Shown: in pieces, positions 29,299 through 38,639 of the stretch | Layout of the letters: each line of letters opens with the position of its first letter | Position numbering within the stretch: the stretch's first letter is position 1 | Assembly: GCA_035297365.1 (NCBI GenBank) | Contig: DATGZA010000075.1 | Span: 1-64,000, forward strand | From: Nitrososphaeraceae archaeon | Lineage (GTDB): Archaea; Thermoproteota; Nitrososphaeria; Nitrososphaerales; Nitrososphaeraceae | Reading direction: 5' to 3' | DNA: 64,000 nucleotides | The notes under the pieces: model-generated | Seen by the model: only the letters and a program-made list of their open reading frames with translations | Database searches by the model: none | Told to the model about the DNA's origin: nothing | Translations under genes and position numbers: made by a program

Positions 29299-29703
29299 TT
29301 AATTTCCTAGAATTGAATTTAATTTATTGACTAAAGTGTACATACTTACAGGTTTACTTATAAAATCTAAGACATCCACTGAAGGAATTACTTTACTGAA
29401 CTCTTCTTTATTAATTTCAAACGCTGTTATAAAAACTACTTTCATATCTGGATGATTTTCTTTTATTCTACGGAATAGTTCAAATCCATTTATCTTTGGC
29501 ATCCTTATATCTGTAAGAACAAGGTCGTAGTAGTCAACAGGATTATTTTTTAATGAATTTAATGCTTCTTCTGCATCCATGAATGTGTTCACCTGAAATT
29601 TATTTTTGGATTCTAAACCCCTCTTAATAATTGACAAAATGTCTCTTTCATCATCAACAACCATTATTCGTGGTGGAATGTTCCTGTTCTTGGTGACACT
29701 CAC
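29299..29703 (-). CDS. Stand-alone response regulator receiver
   Basis: VVDDE, DLVLTDIRMP.INGFEL, FITA, ISKP. Confidence 0.95.
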   Translation of the reverse strand: MSVTKNRNIPPRIMVVDDERDILSIIKRGLESKNKFQVNTFMDAEEALNSLKNNPVDYYDLVLTDIRMPKINGFELFRRIKENHPDMKVVFITAFEINKEEFSKVIPSVDVLDFISKPVSMYTLVNKLNSILGN

Positions 29704-29832
29704 GATAATTTTATCAATATTATCTTACTAAAAATGTTATCTATTTTCATGAAGTTTATTTTTTAAAATATCTTAACAATTTTGTGAGCTATTTATGAAA
29801 TATTGATATTACCGTAATTAACATCTAAGAAA

Positions 29833-30336
29833 ATGGATGATAAAATAAATAATGAATATATAGATATGCTTAATAGAGAAAAAATATCTGAGTTTAATGA
29901 ATTTCGATTAAAGAATCTGACATTTAGACCCAATTTATCTGGTGAAGACTTTTCCCGAAAGGACCTTACTAACGCTTATTTGAATGGAGCAATATGTTTT
30001 AAAACTAATTTCAATAATTGCATACTTGGAAAAACTAATTTTGTTCAAGCTGAATTAAATGAATCGAATTTTGAATCTGCAGATTTAACTGAAACATTAT
30101 TCATGTACGCAGAAATGAAAGATTGTCGATTGATAAATTGCAATATGAATAAGACAAATTTTATGTGGGCAAATCTCCAGAATTCCGATTTAAGTGGCAG
30201 TAAACTTGATGGAACGATATTTATAGAGGCGTATCTACAGAATTCGAATTTAGATAACTTAAAAATGCAAAACGCATTTATAAAATTTGCTAAACTTGGT
30301 AATGGAGAAGATAGATTTAATAAACTATCCAAGTAG
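29833..30336 (+). CDS. Pentapeptide repeat protein
   Basis: Repeated (A/S/T)(D/N)(L/F)xx units. Confidence 0.92.
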   Translation: MDDKINNEYIDMLNREKISEFNEFRLKNLTFRPNLSGEDFSRKDLTNAYLNGAICFKTNFNNCILGKTNFVQAELNESNFESADLTETLFMYAEMKDCRLINCNMNKTNFMWANLQNSDLSGSKLDGTIFIEAYLQNSNLDNLKMQNAFIKFAKLGNGEDRFNKLSK

Positions 30337-30379
30337 TCTCTATTTTTTTCCATTTGAACAAATAAAGATATTTAAATGA

Positions 30380-30613
30380 TTGAAAATGACGAATCGAAAA
30401 GCAATATTACTCGTAGACGATAAAGAAGAAACAAAGATCGCAAAAGAGATTCTATTTGTAAACAATATTGATTTTATCGAATATCATATTAGCAAATTTG
30501 AAGAAAGTTGTTGTGGGGAACTACCTACAACTAAAGCTCCTTCTATTATCGCATCAGAAGGAGTGTTTAAAGGAATTGATGGTATAAAAGAATTTGTTAT
30601 CTTAAAAAAGTAA
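30380..30613 (+). CDS. Small glutaredoxin-fold-like hypothetical protein (no CxxC)
   Basis: AKEIL...IDFIEY and KAPSI..EG.F.G.DGI pattern; SCCG. Confidence 0.6.
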   Translation: MKMTNRKAILLVDDKEETKIAKEILFVNNIDFIEYHISKFEESCCGELPTTKAPSIIASEGVFKGIDGIKEFVILKK

Positions 30614-31158
30614 CGATTGATCAACAAGCCAATCTATTTTTGTAATAAACAATAATAAGAAACATCGTAATATTATAAGATAAAATTTAATTTAAAAACA
30701 AAATTGTGTCCTAATAGCTCTGACACTTTTGATTAAAATATCTTTAGAGATTTAGAAATATATTGCAAAACTGATGAATCAATGTTAAAAGTGCATAAAT
30801 GCCTTATTTGAAGAACAACTTTTCAGTTCCTTTAAAAATTTCGAGATTCAATTTGATCTGCCTTTATATTAGTTACTAACTTGTTTTATTTTACATGGGT
30901 TTGAAACATGTATAAGGAATATTATTTACCATATTATGGTTACAATATTTTAGTCTTGCCGAATTTTTGAAACGAAATGAGATAAACGCTAGATATAGAT
31001 GTTTTTACCATTATGGGTATTTTTATTCGTAAGAGATTAAATGATTTCCTTGATTAGTATGTGAGTTTTATTGTTAAATAATATAACGTTAGGTGTAATC
31101 TATGAATTCGAGAACCTCAAAAACATAATGTTTTTTATACCGAATAATCAGTTTTCAG

Positions 31159-31701
31159 ATGGTGGGTATTCACAAGTTAGATTTAAAATCACTAATTGGA
31201 AGCTACAAAGACTTTCCTAAGAAAGGAGTTATGTTTAGAGACATCAATCCGCTTTTCAGAAACTGGAAAGTAACTCAAGAAATATCTAAAGAATTTATTA
31301 AGAATCATGAATTACAAGAAATAGATCTGATAGCAGGAATTGAGTCCAGAGGTTTTACTGTAGCCTCTTTACTAGCAGGAAATTTTAATAAAGGAATGGT
31401 GCTGGTCAGAAAAGCAGGAAAACTTCCAGGAGATACAATAAGAAAAAATTATGAGATAGAATATGGCAATGCCATGATTGAAATTCAGAGAGACGCTGTA
31501 AAAGAGGGGCAAAAAATTCTGATTGCGGATGATTTAATAGCCACTGGTGGTACTGCAGTAGCTGCCGCAGAATTAATAGAAGAGATTGGAGGAAAAATTT
31601 TTGGATTTGCTTTTATTATTGAATTATCTTATCTTGGGGGGGCAGATAAACTAAGGAATAAAGGTTATGAAGTTCGCTCATTGGTGAAATATGATGAATA
31701 G
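31159..31701 (+). CDS. apt: Adenine phosphoribosyltransferase
   Basis: DFPKKGVMFRDI, GIESRGF, RKAGKLPG, IADDLIATGGT. Confidence 0.96.
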   Translation: MVGIHKLDLKSLIGSYKDFPKKGVMFRDINPLFRNWKVTQEISKEFIKNHELQEIDLIAGIESRGFTVASLLAGNFNKGMVLVRKAGKLPGDTIRKNYEIEYGNAMIEIQRDAVKEGQKILIADDLIATGGTAVAAAELIEEIGGKIFGFAFIIELSYLGGADKLRNKGYEVRSLVKYDE

Positions 31702-32503
31702 AAAAATATCCGAGAATATCAACATAGGAATAATTGGAGGAACAGGTATTTATGATCCTAGTCTTTTCAATGTAATTGAAGAAAGAAAAATTAATACCCC
31801 CTTTGGAGAACCTTCTGATAAAATAACAATATGTTCTTTGGGGAATAAGAAAATTGCTTTCATACCCCGACATGGAAAGGAACATAGATTACCTCCTCAC
31901 AAAATAAATTTTCGTGCAAATATTTGGGCATTAAAAGATTTAGGTGTTAAAACAATTTTGGCTCCTTCAGCTGTAGGAAGTCTAATGAAAGAATTTGAAC
32001 CAGGCAATATCGCTATACCTGATCAATATATTGATTTTACCAAAAAAAGGGAATATACTTTTTATGACGGAGGAATAGTTTGCCACATCTCTCAGGCAGA
32101 ACCATTTTGCAATGATCTTAGGGAAATCATTTGCCGAGAACTAGAAAAGCTTGATTTTTCATATCATTCTAAATGTACCTATATATGTATCGAAGGTCCG
32201 CGATTCTCAACGAAAGCAGAATCGAATTATTATAGAAATGTATTAGACGCAAATATTATAGGTATGACCTTAATTCCTGAATGTATTTTGGCTAGGGAGA
32301 TGGAAATTTGTTATCTTTCAATTGCAACTGTAACTGATTACGATGTCTGGGCAGACATACATGTATCTTCTAAAGAGATCGTAAAGACACTAGGTAAAAA
32401 TGTTGAAAAAGTAAGAACACTATTGTTAAATACGATACCCAAAATATCAGAAAAAAGAGACAATTGTAATTGCGGTAAATCCCTTGAAAATGCTTTAATA
32501 TAA
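31691..32503 (+). CDS. mtnP: S-methyl-5'-thioadenosine phosphorylase
   Basis: GIIGGTG, PRHG, SAVGSL, EGPRFST.AE, GMT, VTDYD. Confidence 0.95.
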   Translation: MMNRKISENINIGIIGGTGIYDPSLFNVIEERKINTPFGEPSDKITICSLGNKKIAFIPRHGKEHRLPPHKINFRANIWALKDLGVKTILAPSAVGSLMKEFEPGNIAIPDQYIDFTKKREYTFYDGGIVCHISQAEPFCNDLREIICRELEKLDFSYHSKCTYICIEGPRFSTKAESNYYRNVLDANIIGMTLIPECILAREMEICYLSIATVTDYDVWADIHVSSKEIVKTLGKNVEKVRTLLLNTIPKISEKRDNCNCGKSLENALI

Positions 32504-32561
32504 TTGATCTTCAAATTTTAATTAAAGTGTTATTAGCACTATAGATTTAAACTTCCTTCTT

Positions 32562-32861
32562 TCAATCTGGTCTTTCTATATTTTGAGGAAGGATTACATC
32601 TCCTTCAATTAACTTTCTCTGAACTGTTAATTGTAACTCTTCTGGGTCTACACCCATTTTTTTAATTTTTGATATAGATGAATTTGAAAGTTTTATGCTT
32701 ACGTTATGTCCTCCAATCCGACCGAAAGCTACACAGGTAAACCTAAAACGATGATTATTGAGGATTAGAAATCCTTGTAGTTTACTAGCAACCTCTCCTC
32801 CTGAGCTGCTGGTAATGAATACATCAATCTTGAGATTGTTTTCTTCTCGAAAATAGCTCAT
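32562..32861 (-). CDS. Hypothetical protein
   Basis: 99-aa ORF abutting the upstream gene; AFGRIGGHN. Confidence 0.75.
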   Translation of the reverse strand: MSYFREENNLKIDVFITSSSGGEVASKLQGFLILNNHRFRFTCVAFGRIGGHNVSIKLSNSSISKIKKMGVDPEELQLTVQRKLIEGDVILPQNIERPD

Positions 32862-33278
32862 TTAGTCTTTATCTCTTGTAATTTCTACGGTTCTATTCAC
32901 ATTCTTTTCTACTAGGAAGCTCCACCAGTGATCATCATCGATTTGATAATCCTTTACAAGAGTTTTAACATAGGTTTCATCATCTGTATCATAAAAACTG
33001 AAAGGACCTTCTTTAACAAGCTTTATTAGTTTCCATCTGTCTTTACCAAGCCTCTTTTTATTTATGACAACTGCCCATTTTTGATAATTTTCTATTTTAG
33101 GCATTCCTATATAGTCAACGATGTCTAGAACACCCAGTCTTTTTTCTTCACAAAATAATTCCTTGGTAATCACGCTTCTCCAAATATCAACTGCTCCGAT
33201 AGTTCTGCCATTTTCATTTATGTTTATTACACCGAAGTAAACAATCTTGTCATTGTTTTCTGAATTTTGTCTACTCAT
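32862..33278 (-). CDS. Hypothetical protein
   Basis: 138-aa ORF in a tightly packed minus-strand run. Confidence 0.75.
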   Translation of the reverse strand: MSRQNSENNDKIVYFGVININENGRTIGAVDIWRSVITKELFCEEKRLGVLDIVDYIGMPKIENYQKWAVVINKKRLGKDRWKLIKLVKEGPFSFYDTDDETYVKTLVKDYQIDDDHWWSFLVEKNVNRTVEITRDKD

Positions 33279-33305
33279 TATTTATTCATTACTTGACAAT
33301 TATCC

Positions 33306-33683
33306 TTATTTAGTTCTTGCAATATCGTATGGATGTTCCAACAATAATCCCAGACTATCTATAAGAGAATTTTTCTTGAATTCCAGGTTTTTTTCCTCAC
33401 ATAATCTCTTGTATCTGTTAATGACTGCAAATCGAGGATGAAATACCTCGTAGAGATCTTGAGAATATTCTAACAACATCTTTTTAGAGATTAAAGAAAC
33501 AATTAATTTTTTACAATAATTTATAGGGATGTCATAATGATCAGATATTTCTTTAATACTCTTCATACCCTCAATTATTATATACAGAAAAATTTTTGAT
33601 TCTTCATCGGATAATTCAAGATTTTGTTTTAGTAATTTTATTATTTTCGATATGTCCTTCAATATTTTTATTTTAAATACCAA
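33306..33683 (-). CDS. TrmB-like winged HTH protein
   Basis: LELSDEESKIFLYI...SIKEIS......L.SK.MLLE, HP..A. Confidence 0.75.
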   Translation of the reverse strand: MVFKIKILKDISKIIKLLKQNLELSDEESKIFLYIIIEGMKSIKEISDHYDIPINYCKKLIVSLISKKMLLEYSQDLYEVFHPRFAVINRYKRLCEEKNLEFKKNSLIDSLGLLLEHPYDIARTK

Positions 33684-33725
33684 TAAATATTAAACTTTGA
33701 TTCATCTTAATAATTACAAAAAACA

Positions 33726-34145
33726 CTAACAAAAATTCTTATTTAGCAGTTTGTGACAATCTACCAACACGCTCTTTGAATTTTCATATGTGATTCTCTC
33801 TAAAGTATCCCCATACTCAGCCCATTTGAATCCTATGTGTTCATCAGAAAGAACAACCTTCAACGTATTTGTTTCTGCTAAATAATAAATCACTTGTTTT
33901 GAAATCAATTTGTTATCACGTTTATATTTGTAAAAAATCTCTTTCCTAAAATTATTTTGAAGAGTAATATTCGTTATTCCAGTTTCTTCTTTTATTTCCC
34001 TAATCACTGTTTCAATTTCTGCCTCGTTTTCTTCTTTGTTGCCTTTCGGAAAATCCCAATGTCCTGAAACATAATTCAATAATAAATAAAGAATCTTTCC
34101 GTTAATTACAGCATATACAACTGCACCCACAGATAATTCGTTCAT
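33726..34145 (-). CDS. NUDIX hydrolase (Ap4A hydrolase-like)
   Basis: SVGAVV, HWDFPKG.KE..E..IETVIREIKEETG, LSDEH. Confidence 0.93.
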   Translation of the reverse strand: MNELSVGAVVYAVINGKILYLLLNYVSGHWDFPKGNKEENEAEIETVIREIKEETGITNITLQNNFRKEIFYKYKRDNKLISKQVIYYLAETNTLKVVLSDEHIGFKWAEYGDTLERITYENSKSVLVDCHKLLNKNFC

Positions 34146-34455
34146 CTTAAACCGTCAATTTGACTAAATTCGAATGAAGAATTGTGTTTCCAATTGTAAT
34201 GTGGGCATTTGTACGGGATCCTCAAGTTCCATTTACATCTCCCGCAGTGACTGCAGTGAATTAAAGATCATCATCTCGTAAATCACTTTCCTTAGATGGT
34301 GGAATATAATCATGTATTTCCATCCACTCCTTAGAATTCATAAAATATGAACAAAACCATTTCTTAGTAACAGTGTCAAAAAATCCATGCTCATACATAA
34401 ATTTACCTTGATTATCAGGTATATTTTTATGTTTTAATTTTTTCTCATTTTCCAA
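34142..34455 (-). pseudogene. Small gene apparently split by a frameshift (64-aa ORF plus 41-aa Cys/His-rich continuation in the -1 frame)
   Basis: 34455-34261 ends CTT TAA. The -1 frame 34267-34142 reads SLIHCSHCGRCKWNLRIPYKCPHYNWKH...GLR and its stop overlaps the NUDIX ATG (ATGA). Confidence 0.5.
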
Positions 34456-35254
34456 ATCTTCTTACCCTATTTTGATAAGTACGTATTGCTCTAATAAGGT
34501 CAATCTTTCTAAATTCAGGCCAAAAAACATCCATAAAGATCAATTCGCTGTAAGCACTTTGCCATAAAAGAAAACCACTCAACCTTTTTTCCCCAGACGT
34601 TCTTAATATTAAATCTGGATGAGGTTGTGGCAAATGAGAAGTATAAAGGCATGATTCAATAATTTTTTCATTTATATCATCTATTTTAATTACTCCGGAA
34701 ATAACCATTGAACTAATTTTTTTAATGGCATCAAGTAATTCCTTTTGTCCACCGTATGCCACTGCTATATTTAAAAACATTGAACCATATGAGATAGTTT
34801 CTTCTTCCAAAATATGAAGTATGTCCTGAAGATCTTTTGGTAAAAGATCCACATTTCCAATCGCTTTAATTCTCATTTGCTTTTCATGAATCCTAGAATC
34901 ATCGCGCAATTTACAGAGTTTCTCATATAACAAAGCATAGATATTTTCGAGTTCACTATCGTCTCTTTTCAGATTCTCATTAGAGAGAACATATACAGTC
35001 GTAATTTTTATCTCCAAATCATAAATCCAATTCAACAGATCTTCTGCTTTATCCGCGCCCACAAAATGTCCTTTATCTATTCCGATAAGATTGTATTTTG
35101 CCCATCTGCGATTACCATCCAAGATTATTGCAATGTGCTTAGGGAGAGGTTCTCTAATAATTCGAGATTCTAACCATCTTTCATAAATTTTATAAATGCC
35201 AGTTAATTTAAAGAGAAATTCAAAAATATTTTGTGAAGAATAATCTATATTCAT
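34445..35254 (-). CDS. uppS: cis-Prenyltransferase (polyprenyl diphosphate synthase)
   Basis: HIAIILDGNRRWA, YGG, DLILRTSGEKRLSGFLLWQSAYSE, RRFG. Confidence 0.96.
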   Translation of the reverse strand: MNIDYSSQNIFEFLFKLTGIYKIYERWLESRIIREPLPKHIAIILDGNRRWAKYNLIGIDKGHFVGADKAEDLLNWIYDLEIKITTVYVLSNENLKRDDSELENIYALLYEKLCKLRDDSRIHEKQMRIKAIGNVDLLPKDLQDILHILEEETISYGSMFLNIAVAYGGQKELLDAIKKISSMVISGVIKIDDINEKIIESCLYTSHLPQPHPDLILRTSGEKRLSGFLLWQSAYSELIFMDVFWPEFRKIDLIRAIRTYQNRVRRFGK

Positions 35255-35311
35255 TTATTATTTTTCGATTATTATCAAAATAATCAATGCTTATTTATTT
35301 TATAGGATTCA

Positions 35312-36475
35312 CTATGATTTTAAGGATTCCCCGTCTTTTCTATTTCTATAATATTGATAAAGGAACGTCGCTGCAACAAGAGTAATTGCAAGGCCGATTA
35401 ACAATGAAGAGATCAAGTTGAAAGGACTTGTACCTTGAGTAAGTACTGAAGTAAATTGTAAAATTGGGTAATATAACAACACCAATATTACTATCCTTAA
35501 TATATCAGACATTGTTTTGATACTGCCCTTAAACCAATTGCTGAGTAAAGTGCCAGCCAAAATTGTTCCGATTCCAATCCACATCAACAGAATTGTACCT
35601 CTGATAAAACTTCCTACAATTTCTTTATTTGTAATAATGTCGTATGACTTCATATTATCCGTAAAGATTCCTTCTGGAATATGAGATAGGCCATTAACTA
35701 CAGAGACCACAATTATCAATATTCCTGCGACTATTGAAAAAATCCTAATGAAACTGGTAGGATTTGGTTTTCCCAATGACCCAATAGATTTATCAATATC
35801 AAAAGCCCTGATGATGAATGCACCACCAAGAATGCTCAAGACAAGAGCTATTGCCTCCCTTGTTAATCCAAAGATTGTTGCTATCCCACTGGCTACCAAT
35901 AGAGCACCGGGAACACCCAAAAAAAATCTTGAGTATCTCGGATCATAGACTAGCATCTTTACATACCTAGCAAAAACGGCGTACGAATATTCTACACTTC
36001 GACTATGTCTAATTACAACTCTGTGAATTGAAATAACAGGAATTAACGACTGGATTACAGGAATAACGGTTTCATCATCTTCCCCATCAGAAACAATAAC
36101 AGACGCATCCGCTTTAAAAACATCGACAATAAATTGAATTTCTGAACCTATTTTTTCATCTCCCTCGATTCCCCTGTTATATTTGCCAGCAACTAATGCT
36201 ACTTCAGCTTGATATCCTCGTTTAAGAAGATCTTCATATGTCTTTACTGCTGCAAAAATGGCGTTTGCATCAGAATCTTCAGGGTCTTCTATTGCCAATC
36301 GGGTACCAGCATTAATACATGAATCCCTTCCTATAACAGGTGTTTCAATTCCACCTTTTGATCCTATATCGTCATCTCTATCTATACATAATACAAGTAT
36401 ACGATCATATTTTCTATTTTGTTTAGTTAATAAATCTCCTCTTGATAAACTTCGATAATCATCATTTTTTGACAA
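35312..36475 (-). CDS. DUF373 family membrane protein
   Basis: LVLCIDRDDDIG.K, DPEDSDAN, VSDG.DDE; C-terminal TM helices; next to uppS. Confidence 0.88.
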   Translation of the reverse strand: MSKNDDYRSLSRGDLLTKQNRKYDRILVLCIDRDDDIGSKGGIETPVIGRDSCINAGTRLAIEDPEDSDANAIFAAVKTYEDLLKRGYQAEVALVAGKYNRGIEGDEKIGSEIQFIVDVFKADASVIVSDGEDDETVIPVIQSLIPVISIHRVVIRHSRSVEYSYAVFARYVKMLVYDPRYSRFFLGVPGALLVASGIATIFGLTREAIALVLSILGGAFIIRAFDIDKSIGSLGKPNPTSFIRIFSIVAGILIIVVSVVNGLSHIPEGIFTDNMKSYDIITNKEIVGSFIRGTILLMWIGIGTILAGTLLSNWFKGSIKTMSDILRIVILVLLYYPILQFTSVLTQGTSPFNLISSLLIGLAITLVAATFLYQYYRNRKDGESLKS

Positions 36476-36650
36476 AAGGAGTCATTTATAAATTTCGTCA
36501 ATGACATTAATTAATTTAACTAATAAAAATGATTTTCAGGCTAATAATTTTTTATATATAAAAAAATTGTATTTAATTGTTTAAAATTATAAAAAGGTAA
36601 ATCCCGTATCTTTTTTATTTAAAGTTTTCAAACTGATATGTAAGAAATAG

Positions 36651-36685
36651 TAAGTGCAGTAATCGCCAAAGGCGAAAACTACTTA
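36651..36685 (-). terminator. GC-cored hairpin just 3' of wecB (possible terminator or 3' structure)
   Basis: Minus strand TAAGT-AGT-TT-TCGCC-TTT-GGCGA-TT-ACT-GC-ACTTA, 15 nt after the stop. Confidence 0.4.
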
Positions 36686-36700
36686 AATAAAACCTATATT

Positions 36701-38164
36701 CTACATATATTGCAAATCATTTTCTTCTTTCCAAAGATTGATTCGCTGGTGAAACCAAGGATAAAAGCTGGTATTTTTATCTTCGAATTGTTTTTTTATA
36801 ATTTTGGCAATAGTTTTAGATACTTCGCCGGGTTCACCATAAATCTCTTTTTTATTTTTTAAAGATATTCCAAATCCTTCAAATTTATCATAAAGATTAT
36901 TTAACATTGATGGAAGCCATTCAGAGTTTATTGGAGGAATAAGTAGATTACTCTTGGCATCAAAAATCGTCTCAGGACGATCAGTATTTAATCTAATGGT
37001 TAAAGAAAGAACATTTTTAAAATATAGTAATTCTTCTTGCATAGAGCCTGAATCTGTCATCTCAGCCCAACAATTACCGCTATCAAGGAACTCTATTACT
37101 TGTGCATATTCTTTCCACAAAGGAGTAGTTAAAAATTTTTCTGGAAATTCTTTAGATAATGATTTAATTTTATCTTCCAGACCGTAAAATTTTAATGCTG
37201 ATTTAGTAGCATTCAGCATTACCAAGATGACCTTATGATCAGAATACTTTATAATATTAACGAGTCCATGAATTATGGACTTGAATCTATGTTCTGTTAA
37301 ATTTTCTCTCCTATGTATATCCATTCTAATCCATTTTCCTTTTTCAAGTTGAGGATAACAATCAAAAATACTTCTGTTGACCTTTTGTTTCCTTTTTAGA
37401 TGGATAGCATCTACTACCGAATTTCCAACTACATGAACAAATTCTTCAGGATATCCTTCTCTAACTAGGTTATCCTTATTGAGCTTAGTTGGTGCAAAAA
37501 AATATTGCGTTCCTGCTGAACATATCCAAGTATCTATCTGTTCTGGAAAAGGTTCTTCTCTAGCGACAAACCACTTTCCGTGTAATTGTTCATGTACGAA
37601 TTTTTCTACAATATCCAATGTCGGTTCTTGATTAACCTTAATTTTTTTCATTATTTCGGGACTCATCGATCTTAATCCCGCTTCGTTTTGGGCTACTTTT
37701 TGTCCCATCCCAAAAACCCAAGCAAGAGGGGCAATCCCTGCAACTAATGTATCTCCATGAACCACAGGAAGAAGTTTGGATGTCGAACCGAATTTTTCTT
37801 TACAATAACGTCCTAAGGATCCGAATTTAGTAATCAAGTCACTTGCTTTTTCCATTAGGTCGCCTCTGATTTGCAAGTCACAGCCTACTGATTCTTCTAG
37901 TTTAAATTCTTTTATACCAAACCCTAAAATATCATCAAAATGTTGTCCTGTATCAATTACGAATACGGGAAGTTTTTCTCTTTTGGCTTCCACAACAAGA
38001 GGAGCTTGTTTGTAGAAATCAGGTTTAGTACCTATTACAACAGAAAGGATAGGACTGTTATCCGTTTTAGCTTTTGAAAAAATATCCGTTAATAAATCTA
38101 TATTAATTTTTATTGGAAGTGTCTGTTTTGACGTATCAATATGCGCAATACCATTACTTTTCAA
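36701..38164 (-). CDS. wecB: UDP-N-acetylglucosamine 2-epimerase family
   Basis: IGTKPD, TGQH, VHGDT, EAGLRS, VGNSVVDA, HRREN, TDSG.MQEE, TDRPE. Confidence 0.88.
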   Translation of the reverse strand: MKSNGIAHIDTSKQTLPIKINIDLLTDIFSKAKTDNSPILSVVIGTKPDFYKQAPLVVEAKREKLPVFVIDTGQHFDDILGFGIKEFKLEESVGCDLQIRGDLMEKASDLITKFGSLGRYCKEKFGSTSKLLPVVHGDTLVAGIAPLAWVFGMGQKVAQNEAGLRSMSPEIMKKIKVNQEPTLDIVEKFVHEQLHGKWFVAREEPFPEQIDTWICSAGTQYFFAPTKLNKDNLVREGYPEEFVHVVGNSVVDAIHLKRKQKVNRSIFDCYPQLEKGKWIRMDIHRRENLTEHRFKSIIHGLVNIIKYSDHKVILVMLNATKSALKFYGLEDKIKSLSKEFPEKFLTTPLWKEYAQVIEFLDSGNCWAEMTDSGSMQEELLYFKNVLSLTIRLNTDRPETIFDAKSNLLIPPINSEWLPSMLNNLYDKFEGFGISLKNKKEIYGEPGEVSKTIAKIIKKQFEDKNTSFYPWFHQRINLWKEENDLQYM

Positions 38165-38613
38165 TTAAATTTATCTGATCTAACTCCTTTCTTGGATTTT
38201 AAATAAATAAGTAATCCAATAATAAATATTCCTATACCTGCTATCACAAAAAAGTATGGTATGTAAATAATTAGGTTTTGAAAGAATTCAGATGGTATAT
38301 TTGAAGAAATACTCAAAGAGACAAACATTCCTACTATCATCAAAATCCCGCTAGCAGAAATCAATATCCCTCCTATTTCACTCCCATAATTCCTACAAAG
38401 TGCATAGACTATCCCGGCAAGAATGATTGACGGAGCTCCAGAAATAGATACAGTTTTAATTAATACTGCTTGGATATCTACAAACCTATCTGGACCTGAT
38501 TTGTCTGGACCTACCAAAAAAAAATAGAAAGAGGATATCAAAAGCACAAACATAATTGCCAGACCAAACGAACTTAATGCCACCCATATTTCTAAAGGAA
38601 AGTTTAATTTCAT
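38161..38613 (-). CDS. Hypothetical 4-TM membrane protein
   Basis: Four hydrophobic segments; 4-nt overlap with wecB. Confidence 0.8.
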   Translation of the reverse strand: MKLNFPLEIWVALSSFGLAIMFVLLISSFYFFLVGPDKSGPDRFVDIQAVLIKTVSISGAPSIILAGIVYALCRNYGSEIGGILISASGILMIVGMFVSLSISSNIPSEFFQNLIIYIPYFFVIAGIGIFIIGLLIYLKSKKGVRSDKFN

Positions 38614-38639
38614 ATTATATCACGACACACCTACTTCTA

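Noticed and set aside
36651-36685. Hairpin as an archaeal SECIS element
   Set aside because: No GAA/A internal loop on the sense strand and no in-frame UGA in the adjacent gene.
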